A DNA stretch of 64,000 bases from an uncultured delta proteobacterium. GTDB lineage: Bacteria; Desulfobacterota; RBG-13-43-22. Shown one piece after another: positions 40,053-49,875 of this stretch. The position numbers and the translations under genes are program-made. The number at the start of each line of letters is the position of its first letter. The stretch's first letter is position 1. The stretch is from positions 544,001 through 608,000 of the forward strand of contig CAWBOS010000012.1 of assembly GCA_963790475.1 (NCBI GenBank). Reading direction: 5' to 3'. Below the pieces are notes generated by a model, which saw only the letters and a list, made by a program, of their open reading frames with translations, searched no databases and had not been told where the DNA came from.

Positions 40053-41063
40053 TCAGGGAGATGTGAGGCCCGGTAAGTTGTTTAAAAACTCCGACGCCCC
40101 TGGGAATTGAGTAGCCGAGCTTAAATTCTTTTCAATCTCCCGGTTGATCCGAAGGGCCATGGCCAGGGCTTTTTTGCCATCCTCACCGCAAACCACCGGG
40201 GTGGACCGGGTCCTTACGGCTTCAACAAAAGCCTGCAGTTCCACTTCCAAGGCATCACCTGGATCTACGGTGCCATCTTCAGAGACAAACTTAGGCCCCG
40301 GTGAGGAACTTCCATTCTGGGATTCCAGCCGGACCACCGTATAGGATTTTACCCCAAAATCCAAAGAAAGATAGGCCGCCGGTTGAAAGATTCTCATCTT
40401 GCGCATTTCCTGAAGGGAGATGCGGCTGGCGGTAATATTGGCCACACAACCGTTTTGAAACTGAATCCGGACATTGGCTATATCTACTTTAGGAGAAACC
40501 ACAGGAATCCCCACGGCCTGTATCTGCTCGACCGGGGATTGAACCAGATGCAATATCAAATCCAAATCATGGATCATTAAATCCAGAACCACATCCACAT
40601 CGATGCCCCTGGCCTTAAAAGGGCTCAATCGATGGCTTTCAAAAAACAGGGGATTTTTTATATAAGGTTTTATTTTCAGGTAGACCGGGTTGAATCGTTC
40701 CAGATGTCCCACCTGCAACAAACAGCCCCTGGTCCCGGCCAAAGCAATCAATTCATCCGCTTCGGATATGGACCTGCAGATCGGTTTTTCAATCAGGACA
40801 TCAATCTTCTGATCTAAAAAATCCCTGGCCACGGAAGCGTGTTGCGTCGTCGGCACTACAATACTGACCGCATCAGTTTGGGAAATCAATCGGCGATAAT
40901 CTTCATATCCGGGGATGGCATACTGACGGGATAAGGCCTCCCGCCTTTCCGGAGAGATGTCGGCAATCCCCACCAATTGGACATCCGGCATCCGGGCATA
41001 CTTCTCCACATGGTATTTCCCCAAGTAGCCGACCCCGACAACGCCGATTTTGATTTTTTTCAT
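40053..41063 (-). CDS. gnnA: Gfo/Idh/MocA oxidoreductase, GnnA-like (UDP-GlcNAc 3-dehydrogenase)
   Basis: GVGYLG, IEKP, VGHLERFNP, DLMIHD, TASRIS; sits between lpxA/lpxI and lpxB. Confidence 0.7.
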   Translation of the reverse strand: MKKIKIGVVGVGYLGKYHVEKYARMPDVQLVGIADISPERREALSRQYAIPGYEDYRRLISQTDAVSIVVPTTQHASVARDFLDQKIDVLIEKPICRSISEADELIALAGTRGCLLQVGHLERFNPVYLKIKPYIKNPLFFESHRLSPFKARGIDVDVVLDLMIHDLDLILHLVQSPVEQIQAVGIPVVSPKVDIANVRIQFQNGCVANITASRISLQEMRKMRIFQPAAYLSLDFGVKSYTVVRLESQNGSSSPGPKFVSEDGTVDPGDALEVELQAFVEAVRTRSTPVVCGEDGKKALAMALRINREIEKNLSSATQFPGASEFLNNLPGLTSP

Positions 41064-41181
41064 TCTAGTGTTTTCCGATAAGAGTACGACAAACGATATG
41101 ACCTATAGAAGCCAATGCTGCCCCCACGATACTTGAAAATGGATTCCGATGACCAGTGAACGATGAACCTGGATGTTTTTA

Positions 41182-41997
41182 TTATTCCGACCTTGAAACA
41201 ATAACCATCCGATACTTGTTCGCCAGACGAATGGTGGCCTCCCGGTCAAAGATAATCGTCTTATGGGCCTCAATGGCCAGGACCCCGGCCTTTACCTCTT
41301 TCATGGTTTGAATAGTCTGCTCTCCAACGGCCGGGAGATCAAAGCGAAGGTCTTGAAAGGGTTTACTGACCTTGATGACCACAGCCTTCTCGCGGGCCAG
41401 TTTCCCTCCCCGCCGAATGGTTTCATCGGTCCCTTCAATGGCTTCCAGAGCCACTACAGCCCCATGCCGGACTACCAAACACTGCCCGATATCCAGCTTG
41501 CCCAGTTCCTTGGCCAGAGGCCATCCAAATTCTATGTCCTGTTCTTCCTCTGCTGTAGGCCGACGTTCAGTCAAAACTCCCGCAGGGGCTAAAAGAGAAG
41601 GAAGAAAGACCGTGGAGGGATGAACTTGAAATCCTTCTTTGGCCAGTTCATCCGCAAACATTCTTAAAACAAAGTCATCTTTTCGGTGTTCCATTTTGTC
41701 CAGGAGGGAAATTCCTTCCCTGTCCGGGTGGACTTTGGAAAACATCTTTTTCTTATCAACCCCCCCGGCCATCAGGACTTCTTTAACCCCCTCCTGTTTA
41801 AAAAATCGGACCAGTTTTCCGAATTCACCCAGATGGATCCAACAAATATTTTCCACCAAAGAGGCCAACTCCGGCAGGGTTTCTCCTTGATGGGCCACCA
41901 CGACCACCTTCTTCCCCTCTTTTTGGGCGGCCTTAGCGATTAAAATGGGGAAGTTCCCACCTCCGGCTATCAAACCAATGGGGATCGCTTGGTTCAT
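41182..41997 (-). CDS. lpxI: UDP-2,3-diacylglucosamine diphosphatase
   Basis: GLIAGGG, LDIGQ, EAIEGTD, QDLRFDLP. Confidence 0.92.
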   Translation of the reverse strand: MNQAIPIGLIAGGGNFPILIAKAAQKEGKKVVVVAHQGETLPELASLVENICWIHLGEFGKLVRFFKQEGVKEVLMAGGVDKKKMFSKVHPDREGISLLDKMEHRKDDFVLRMFADELAKEGFQVHPSTVFLPSLLAPAGVLTERRPTAEEEQDIEFGWPLAKELGKLDIGQCLVVRHGAVVALEAIEGTDETIRRGGKLAREKAVVIKVSKPFQDLRFDLPAVGEQTIQTMKEVKAGVLAIEAHKTIIFDREATIRLANKYRMVIVSRSE

Positions 41998-42779
41998 TTG
42001 CGAGTGATTCCTCGTTGGGAATTTCGAATAAATTCTAAAAATCGTATGACTTCCGGGAAATGGGGGATTTCTTTTTCAACCCGAATGATGGCTTCCTGAT
42101 TGGTCAGATGGGAACGAATAACAATTTGATAGGTCTTTTTTAAGGCCTTAATGACCTCGTTGGAAAATTCATGACGGGTCAGCCCGATAATGTTCAAGCC
42201 GAACAGCTTGGCCCGTTCCCCCGAAGCGATTACGTAAGGAGGAATGTCCTGGACGATCCCGGTTTTTCCTCCGATATAGGCATGGGCCCCCACACGGACA
42301 AATTGATGGGCTGCCGATAATCCCCCGATGAATGAATAATCTTCTAAGATCACATGGCCGCCCAAGGTTGCCACATTGGCCATGACCACCCCGTCCCCCA
42401 CTTGACAATCATGGGCTATGTGGCAGTAGGCCATCAACATGTTCTGGTTGCCGATCTGGGTCTTGCCCCTTCCTTCCGTGGTGCCCCGATTGATGGTGAC
42501 ATATTCTCGAATCACATTTTCATCGCCGATAATAACCTCTGTTTTTTCGCCCTTATATCTTTTGTCTTGAGGAGGAGTTCCAATGGCCGCAAAAGGTGAA
42601 ATCAGGCAGTTCTTCCCGATATGCGTATAGCGGTCGATATAGACATGGGCACCAATTTGGGTCCCGGAATCGATGAAAGCCTCTCCTTCAATGATCGCAT
42701 ACGGCCCGACATGGACATTTTCTCCCAACTCGGTCTTAGGACCTATTATTGCGGTTGGATGTATGATGTTTGTAGACAT
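41994..42779 (-). CDS. lpxA: UDP-GlcNAc acyltransferase
   Basis: IHPTAII, PQD, IREYVTINRGT, HIAHDC, AHQF. Confidence 0.96.
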   Translation of the reverse strand: MSTNIIHPTAIIGPKTELGENVHVGPYAIIEGEAFIDSGTQIGAHVYIDRYTHIGKNCLISPFAAIGTPPQDKRYKGEKTEVIIGDENVIREYVTINRGTTEGRGKTQIGNQNMLMAYCHIAHDCQVGDGVVMANVATLGGHVILEDYSFIGGLSAAHQFVRVGAHAYIGGKTGIVQDIPPYVIASGERAKLFGLNIIGLTRHEFSNEVIKALKKTYQIVIRSHLTNQEAIIRVEKEIPHFPEVIRFLEFIRNSQRGITRK

Positions 42780-43243
42780 TAAGTCTCCTCCTTGGACGGC
42801 ATCTCTTTTTCGGGGGAAATACTGGCGGTCAGCTCCGCCTCAGCCACCAGGTTTTCCCGGACAAAGGCCTTGCTCTGCATCTTCCAAACCCTCTCCCCCC
42901 GGCGTAAGACATTCAATTTCATAATCAGTTGATCTCCCGGAACCACTGGTTTTCTGAATTTGACCTTATCAATGGCCAGAAAAACAAACAGACTTTTCCC
43001 GATATGTTGGGGCATGGATTTAAAGGCCAGAACCCCACCGGCCTGGGCCATGGCTTCAATAATCAAAACCCCGGGCATGATTGGATTTCCCGGGAAATGA
43101 CCTTGGAAAAAAGGTTCATTGACCGTCACATTTTTCAGACCGACCACTTTTTCATTCACCGTAAATTCCAATATACGATCCAACAATAAAAAGGGATAGC
43201 GATGGGGTAAAATCTTTTGGATTTCCTCATGACTTATTTCCAT
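42779..43243 (-). CDS. fabZ: 3-hydroxyacyl-ACP dehydratase
   Basis: [29 protein letters not shown]; start MEISHEE at 43243. Confidence 0.96.
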   Translation of the reverse strand: MEISHEEIQKILPHRYPFLLLDRILEFTVNEKVVGLKNVTVNEPFFQGHFPGNPIMPGVLIIEAMAQAGGVLAFKSMPQHIGKSLFVFLAIDKVKFRKPVVPGDQLIMKLNVLRRGERVWKMQSKAFVRENLVAEAELTASISPEKEMPSKEET

Positions 43244-44315
43244 GGTCTTCCTTCCTCTCCTTTTTAATCTCGGTTTCCAAGAGACGAACCCGTTCTTCCA
43301 AGGTCCGTAATTGTTTAGCCATCTCAGGCAATCGCGGTATGAGAAGTCGGGTGCGCAAATACGTTTGATGGGGCATGGTCGTGTTGCCGGAGACGACTTC
43401 ACCGGCCGGAATGGATTTAGCCACCCCCGATTTCGGCCCCACCGTAACCCCATCCCCAATGGTAACATGCGGGCCTACCCCGACCTGACCGGCCAGAGTG
43501 ACCCCTTTTCCCAAAGTGGCACTCCCGGATATGCCGACCTGAGCGATCAGAAGGGAATGCTCTCCGACTACCACGTTGTGGGCCACATGGACCAGATTGT
43601 CTGTTTTGACTCCGGTCTTGATCCAAGTTTTGCCGAATGTCGCCCGATCAATGGTATTGTTGGCCCCAATTTCACAGTCATCGTCAATCTGAACGATCCC
43701 CCTTTGAGGAATCTTGACATGGGTCATCCCGTCCTGCGCAAAACCGAAACCGTCACTGCCGATTACCGTTCCACTGTGAATAATCACCCTTTGTCCGATT
43801 ATTGTTCCTGATAGGATGGAAACGTTGGGATAAATAATGGAATCCTTCCCAATCCGGACCGAATCCCCCACATAGACCCCCGGATACAAGGTAACCCCGT
43901 CTTCAATCTCCACTCGGTCATCAAGAAAGACCAAGGGAAAAATGGAAACCTTTTCCCCGATTCGGCAACCCTCCCCGCAATGGGCCAAGGAACTGATGCC
44001 TAGCGGGTGACTGGGTCGGGGGGCAAAAAACCGGGCGATCCGGGCATAGGCCAGATAAGGATTGGTGGTTATCAATAACGGCTTGGAGGTTTGAGGAAGT
44101 TGAGGACCAACAATAACGGCCGACGCCTGGGTCGTTTCCAGGTCTTTTCCGTATTTGGGATTGGCCATAAAGGTGATTTGACCCTTTCGGGCCTCCCGGA
44201 TCCCGGTGATGCCGACAAGCAACTCCTCACAGACCCCCCGGACCTCTCCTCCAACCAACCGGGCCAGTTCCTCCAAAGATACCCCTGAGGGGGATGCTGA
44301 AGTCGGCAACTCCAT
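43227..44315 (-). CDS. lpxD: UDP-3-O-acylglucosamine N-acyltransferase
   Basis: Hexapeptide repeats, IGSDGFGF, GANNTIDR, DNLVHVAHN. Confidence 0.96.
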   Translation of the reverse strand: MELPTSASPSGVSLEELARLVGGEVRGVCEELLVGITGIREARKGQITFMANPKYGKDLETTQASAVIVGPQLPQTSKPLLITTNPYLAYARIARFFAPRPSHPLGISSLAHCGEGCRIGEKVSIFPLVFLDDRVEIEDGVTLYPGVYVGDSVRIGKDSIIYPNVSILSGTIIGQRVIIHSGTVIGSDGFGFAQDGMTHVKIPQRGIVQIDDDCEIGANNTIDRATFGKTWIKTGVKTDNLVHVAHNVVVGEHSLLIAQVGISGSATLGKGVTLAGQVGVGPHVTIGDGVTVGPKSGVAKSIPAGEVVSGNTTMPHQTYLRTRLLIPRLPEMAKQLRTLEERVRLLETEIKKERKEDHGNKS

Positions 44316-44317
44316 GC

Positions 44318-44869
44318 TTATTTCTTTTTCTCTTTTTTGGGTTCGTTGGCGAGTCTGATGACTTTATCGGTTATCTCCTCGACGGGTTTATTGAAATAAA
44401 CCACACCGCTCTTGGATTCTAAGATCAGGGTATACCCTTCATCTCTGGCCAGTTTTTTGGTAACCTCAAACAACTCGGTTAACAAAGGCTGCATGGCACT
44501 ATATTCATCCTTGTGCATTTCTTCTTCTTTTTTCCGAACTAGCTCCCTTAAATCCTCGTCTTTCCGGATCAGCTCTTTTTCCCTCTCCCTCTTGGCATCA
44601 GCACTCAGGACATTGCTTTTTTTACTGAATTCTTCGCTCAGTTTTTTCAATTCGTCCCGTCTGGTCTCCAAATCCTTTTTGATCCGATCCGCTTTTTCCT
44701 GCAAACCTTTGGAAGCTTTTTTGCCAGCCTCGGATTGCTGGATGCATTTCTGCAAATCAATGACCCCGATTTTAAGGGCCTCGCTGGCCCAGGAAGGAGC
44801 AGCCGTCCAAAGAAATATAATTCCCAACACAAAAACAACTTTGGTTAAAAAAATTCTACTCATGTTCAA
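44318..44869 (-). CDS. skp: OmpH/Skp periplasmic chaperone
   Basis: Signal peptide, KIGVIDLQ, coiled coil, GYTLIL, EITDKVI; lies between bamA and lpxD. Confidence 0.9.
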   Translation of the reverse strand: MNMSRIFLTKVVFVLGIIFLWTAAPSWASEALKIGVIDLQKCIQQSEAGKKASKGLQEKADRIKKDLETRRDELKKLSEEFSKKSNVLSADAKREREKELIRKDEDLRELVRKKEEEMHKDEYSAMQPLLTELFEVTKKLARDEGYTLILESKSGVVYFNKPVEEITDKVIRLANEPKKEKKK

Positions 44870-45015
44870 TCTCCTAACTGATTTTAATTAATAAGGATTC
44901 CAGGAGGGAAAAAGGGCAACAGGCCAGGAGTTTTAGGTTGCCAGATTTCCCCAACCCTTGATGACCTATGGTCTCAAACCTATAGCCTGATTTTCTCTTG
45001 AACCCTGTTTTTGGT

Positions 45016-47670
45016 TTAAAAAAATGACCCTATGGTAAATTCCCAGTTACTTTGGTCTTCTCCGGGTTTGGGTTCTAAGTTCCAACCCCATTCCAAACGC
45101 AGGGGGCCTATAGGGGAGTACCAACGGATTCCCACCCCCGCACTTTTTCGCAGGTTCCCTAAATCCATCGTCTGGTCTTTGCTAAAGACATTTCCAGCAT
45201 CAAAAAACACCAGTCCTTTAAGCCCGAACTTTTGAACCAGAGGGAATATGTATTCGAAATTAAATTGTACCATCTGCTCGCCGCCGATCACTTGGCCGGT
45301 CGCCGGGTCTGTGGGGCTGATGGTATTATATTTGAAGCCTCGGATCGAATTGATGCCTCCTAAATAAAATTTTTCATATAAGGGCAAATCCCCCCCGGCA
45401 TTCTGGGTCATATATCCCGCTTTGCCGTTAGCAAAAAAAGTGGTATCCCAAAAAAGCGGGAAATACCAACCTGAACCGGCCAAAAACCGGGTAAAATAAT
45501 TGGTCCCTCCCAGCGGCCCGCCGGCATATTCCACAGAAACAAAATTAACCGACCCCTTGGTGGTATTAAAGATCAAATCTCTGGTATCTCTTCGAAGGGT
45601 TAATTTAGCACTGCTGGTTTGATGGCGGCCCGCCATATCCTTGATTACCTGAGCGGCGTCATCATGCACTTGCGTCACATTGGCGTCGTCGTAAGTATAG
45701 GTAAGAATTGCCCTGGTGTCATCTGTCAGGATGGGATAACCGAAACTCAGCGATCCTCCGAAACTGTTTCTGACATATTGATCATAGATATAGTTCCAAT
45801 TATAGATACTGGTTTCGCTTGATATCCGGGTATCTAATAACCAGGGTTCGAAAAAGCTCAGCCTATAAAGTTGGGTCACGGACCCGAGTTGGCCATCCAG
45901 GCTTAACCGTTGCCCCCGGCCAAAAAGATTTCTTTCCGAAATCTGGCCCATAACCATAAACTGTTCCACGGCACTATATCCCGCCCCCACGGAAAAAGAG
46001 CCGGTCGCCTTTTCCTTGACTTCTGCCTTTAATTTCATACGATCCTCCTGGCTCCCCGGTGAAGTCGAGAGGTTGATCTCTTCGAAAAAATCAAGACGAT
46101 GAAGGTTTTCATTGCTTTTTCTGAGGGCCTTGGCATCAAAGAGGCCTTTTTCGGCCACTTTGAATTCCCTTCGAATGACATTGTCTCGGGTTTTCACATT
46201 CCCGACAATATCAATGCTTTCAAAATAAACCTTGGACCCTTTCTTGATTTCATAAACGAGATCGACCTTGAGGGCGGCGGGATCCTCCTTGATTTGGGGA
46301 TTGATTTCGACAAAGGCATACCCTTCAAGGGAATAAAGATCACTAAGCATTAAAATGTCCTTGCGAATCACTTCTCGATTATAAAATTTTTCTTTGGTAA
46401 TGGCCAGGGAGGCCATCAATTTTTCCTTAGGTTGAATCAAATCCCCGCTGACACTCACCTGACCCATCTGATAGGGCTGGCCTTCCTCGATGGGGATGGT
46501 TATATAAAGCCAATCTCCTTCATGCCGTACGGTCGGTTCCCCCACTTTGGCTTTTAAATATCCATGATTGAAATAAAAGGAAGATAATTTTTCCAGGTCC
46601 TGTTCCAGCAGTTCCTTCTTATAGAATCCGGAGGAGGTGATCCAGTAAAAATAACCCTTTTCATTGGTTTCCATAACGGATTTCAATTGCTTATCAGAAA
46701 ACCCATGGTTCCCTTGAAAGGCGATGGTTTTGATATAGACCTTTTTCCCTTCAACGATATTGTAGACGACTACGGCCGCTTGTCCTTTGTCCTCATAAGT
46801 AACCGAATAGGTAATCCGGACATTATAATATCCTTTGGACTGGTAAAAGGCCGTCAACTTCTCCTGGGTTTCACTCACCGTGTTCAAATTTAAAATCGTA
46901 AAGGGTTTGATGGTCAACTGCTCTTTGAGGTCTTCCTCTTTGATTTCTTTATAGCCTTTGAAATCGATCCGTTTAACAAAAGGGCGTTCCTCAACCACAA
47001 AAGTGATCAACTTCCCTTGAGGGTTTTGCTTCACTTCCAACCGTACATCGGAAAAAAATCCCATCTTGAAAATGGCCCGAATGTCCTGATCCAGGTATTC
47101 CGGGATATAGGGTTCGCCGGTTTTTGATTTCAGTTCTTTTTCTATAGCCTGGGCTTCAATCCTTTGGTTCCCCCTGATGGAAATGCCGGCAATCTTTTCC
47201 TGACCCAAAATCCTCAGTCCCACTTCTTTGGAAAACCGTTCCATCAACCTCATGATATTTTCCAATCCTTCTTCCGTCAAAGAAAAGGTCAGAGGGGGTT
47301 TTTCGGTCTTGATTTCCAGGAGATTCCCGGTCAGGTTCATTCGTTGTCCGATTTTGGTCAGGCTGCCATAGATGAGAAAGTCCGCCTCCAATTGTTTTCC
47401 TATGGTTCGAAGTTCCTTCCAGTCACTGGGGACCTTTTGGGTCAGCCAGGGTTCGGTTTTGGAAAGGGGAAGGACCAGGATATTCTGTTTGCTTAATCCG
47501 TCAGAAAGGCCTTCCAACATATTTTTCTGCAGATAGGCCAGGTTGATCTGGCTGTGTATCGTGAAAGGCATCAGGGCCACCTTATTCTCCGAATCGGCCC
47601 GGACCTTTGACACATTCAGAAGCTGACCCATTAAAAGAACCATCACGATCAAAATGACTTTCTTCGGCAT
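45016..47670 (-). CDS. bamA: Outer membrane protein assembly factor BamA
   Basis: POTRA repeats, ERNLFGRG, IRGF, GIRWYSPIGPLRL, C-terminal F. Confidence 0.95.
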   Translation of the reverse strand: MPKKVILIVMVLLMGQLLNVSKVRADSENKVALMPFTIHSQINLAYLQKNMLEGLSDGLSKQNILVLPLSKTEPWLTQKVPSDWKELRTIGKQLEADFLIYGSLTKIGQRMNLTGNLLEIKTEKPPLTFSLTEEGLENIMRLMERFSKEVGLRILGQEKIAGISIRGNQRIEAQAIEKELKSKTGEPYIPEYLDQDIRAIFKMGFFSDVRLEVKQNPQGKLITFVVEERPFVKRIDFKGYKEIKEEDLKEQLTIKPFTILNLNTVSETQEKLTAFYQSKGYYNVRITYSVTYEDKGQAAVVVYNIVEGKKVYIKTIAFQGNHGFSDKQLKSVMETNEKGYFYWITSSGFYKKELLEQDLEKLSSFYFNHGYLKAKVGEPTVRHEGDWLYITIPIEEGQPYQMGQVSVSGDLIQPKEKLMASLAITKEKFYNREVIRKDILMLSDLYSLEGYAFVEINPQIKEDPAALKVDLVYEIKKGSKVYFESIDIVGNVKTRDNVIRREFKVAEKGLFDAKALRKSNENLHRLDFFEEINLSTSPGSQEDRMKLKAEVKEKATGSFSVGAGYSAVEQFMVMGQISERNLFGRGQRLSLDGQLGSVTQLYRLSFFEPWLLDTRISSETSIYNWNYIYDQYVRNSFGGSLSFGYPILTDDTRAILTYTYDDANVTQVHDDAAQVIKDMAGRHQTSSAKLTLRRDTRDLIFNTTKGSVNFVSVEYAGGPLGGTNYFTRFLAGSGWYFPLFWDTTFFANGKAGYMTQNAGGDLPLYEKFYLGGINSIRGFKYNTISPTDPATGQVIGGEQMVQFNFEYIFPLVQKFGLKGLVFFDAGNVFSKDQTMDLGNLRKSAGVGIRWYSPIGPLRLEWGWNLEPKPGEDQSNWEFTIGSFF

Positions 47671-47833
47671 AAGAGATCCCCTTTTGATTCTTATCGCTTG
47701 GATTCTTTAGAATATATTAACCGCTTAATCACCGTATCGCGGTGTGGACCGTCGCCGTTGGTAAAAGACAATCGAATCGATTTCCCAACCCATAACTCGT
47801 AACCCGCAACAAAGAGATTTCAAAAATATCTAC

Positions 47834-48523
47834 CTAGTTAATAGCCATTTCAATGGCCTTGCCGTCTACGATTTCCACATTTCTCTTGAATCGTCTGGAC
47901 AATTCCTGGTTATGAGTAACCATCAAAAAGGTCACCCCTTTTTCCTGGTTGAGACGATTAAACAGTTCTATGATTTGGGTCCCGGTTTTTCGATCCAGAT
48001 TTCCCGTCGGTTCATCAGCCAAAATCAGTTGGGGGCCACGGATCAAAGACCGGGCAATAGCCACCCGTTGTTGTTCTCCGCCCGAAAGCTCTCCGATCCG
48101 GTGGTATAAACGTTCTTTCAGACCCAGTTGGTCCAAAATTTCTTCTGCCCTTCCTTGGGCTTCCCGGCTGCCCTCCCCGGCAATCAAAAGGGGCATCATG
48201 GTGTTTTCCAGAGCTGTGAATTCCGGCAGCAAATGATGAAACTGAAAAACAAACCCTATTTTCTGATTACGAAATCGGGACAGGTCTGTTGCCGATTGTT
48301 CAAAGATGTTTTGCCCTTCAAACAGAACCTGACCCCCGGAAGGTCGATCGAGGGTCCCCAGAATATGTAACAAAGTTGATTTCCCGGTTCCCGAAGCCCC
48401 CACCACAGCCAGAGTATCGCGGTGATGAAGTTCCAGATCGAGATTCTTAAGCACCTCCACGCGATGCTGGTTATTGATAAAAAACTTCTCTAACTTCTTG
48501 ACCGTGATCAGAGGTTGAGACAT
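47834..48523 (-). CDS. lolD: Lipoprotein-releasing ABC ATPase
   Basis: GASGTGKST, GFVFQFHHLL, LSGGEQQR, ADEPTGNLD. Confidence 0.92.
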   Translation of the reverse strand: MSQPLITVKKLEKFFINNQHRVEVLKNLDLELHHRDTLAVVGASGTGKSTLLHILGTLDRPSGGQVLFEGQNIFEQSATDLSRFRNQKIGFVFQFHHLLPEFTALENTMMPLLIAGEGSREAQGRAEEILDQLGLKERLYHRIGELSGGEQQRVAIARSLIRGPQLILADEPTGNLDRKTGTQIIELFNRLNQEKGVTFLMVTHNQELSRRFKRNVEIVDGKAIEMAIN

Positions 48524-48532
48524 TAACTTGGC

Positions 48533-49780
48533 CTACTCATACCGTATGGCTTCAGCCGGGTCAAGACGGGAGGCCTGCCAGGCCGGATAAAGGGTGGCAA
48601 TCAAACAGATCCCCAGGGCGGAAACCACGATCATCAGAATATCCTCCCCCTTCATCAATACCGGCAGAGAGGATATATAATAAACGTCACTGGGCAACTT
48701 GATGAACTGATATTTTTCAAGAAGCCGGCACAACCCCACGCCCCCCAGCAGTCCCAGGGCCGTGCCCACGGCTCCAATAATAATCCCTTCCAACATAAAG
48801 ATCTTCATGATACTTCCGGCTGTCGCCCCCATAGATTTGAGGATGGCGATATCTTTGGTTTTTTCCATGACGACCATGATCAAAGAAGCCACGATATTAA
48901 AGGCTGCTACCAGGATTATCAGAGTCAGGATGATAAACATGACTAATTTTTCCAGTTTCAAGGCGGAGAACAGGTTTTTGTTCATCCGCATCCAATCCTT
49001 GGTCCAAAAGGGAAAACCCAGTTTAGTCTGAATGGCCCGGGCAATCCCGGCCGCCTGGTAGACATCCCGGGTTTTGACTTCCAGACCGGTCACCTTATTC
49101 CCAAGTCCCAAAAAAGACTGAGCCTCCGAAAGGGAAACAAAGGCTATGGAGGAATCGTATTCAAACATCCCCGACTCAAAAATTCCCACCAGCCGGAAAG
49201 GTCTCATCTTGGGGACTCTCCCTAAGGGAGTCATTTCCCCCAAGGGTGAAATGATGGATAGGGTATCGTTTAGAGAAAGGCCCAGGCTCCTGGCCAATTC
49301 CTGACCTAAGATGATCCCCGGAACCTCCGGCCCTTTCTCCCCTTCGGTCTGTGCAGGGGCTTCCAAGGCTTGCCAGGTCCCTTTCTTTAATATTCGATCC
49401 AGGGAAATTACCCTGGGTCCGCTCCGGATATCGACACCACGGAGAACAGCCCCGGTCACCTGGTCCCCGGTACTCACCATGACCTGGGTCAGGATAAATG
49501 GGGTGGCCGCGATTACCCCGGGAACCGATTCCACCCGCCGGGCCACCTGGTCATAATTTTCCATGGTATTGTCCAAGCTTAATACCAGGGCATGGGAATT
49601 CAGGCCCAGGATTTTATTTTTCAGGTCATTTTCAAAACCGCTCATGACGGCTATTACCACAATCAGAGCCATAACCCCCAGGGCGACTCCTCCCATGGAG
49701 ATAAAGGTAATGATGGAAATAAAGGTCTGTTTCCTCTTGGCCTTCAGATAGCGGTAACTGACAAAAAATTCAAAAGACAT
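48533..49780 (-). CDS. Lipoprotein-releasing ABC permease LolC/E family
   Basis: GVALGVMALIVVIAVMSGFE, LVAAFNI, DVYYISSLP, PAEAIRYE. Confidence 0.92.
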   Translation of the reverse strand: MSFEFFVSYRYLKAKRKQTFISIITFISMGGVALGVMALIVVIAVMSGFENDLKNKILGLNSHALVLSLDNTMENYDQVARRVESVPGVIAATPFILTQVMVSTGDQVTGAVLRGVDIRSGPRVISLDRILKKGTWQALEAPAQTEGEKGPEVPGIILGQELARSLGLSLNDTLSIISPLGEMTPLGRVPKMRPFRLVGIFESGMFEYDSSIAFVSLSEAQSFLGLGNKVTGLEVKTRDVYQAAGIARAIQTKLGFPFWTKDWMRMNKNLFSALKLEKLVMFIILTLIILVAAFNIVASLIMVVMEKTKDIAILKSMGATAGSIMKIFMLEGIIIGAVGTALGLLGGVGLCRLLEKYQFIKLPSDVYYISSLPVLMKGEDILMIVVSALGICLIATLYPAWQASRLDPAEAIRYE

Positions 49781-49875
49781 AATTAGCGCTTCAGCGGTCA
49801 GCGGTCAGCATTCGGTTGATGCTGGTCCGAGTTGTGTTCTTTGTTGAAATCGGTTTGCCCGTGGCTGTTTGCATT

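Noticed and set aside
43244-43468. N-terminal extension of FabZ in the ORF track
   Set aside because: Overlaps lpxD; the true start is ATG 43243
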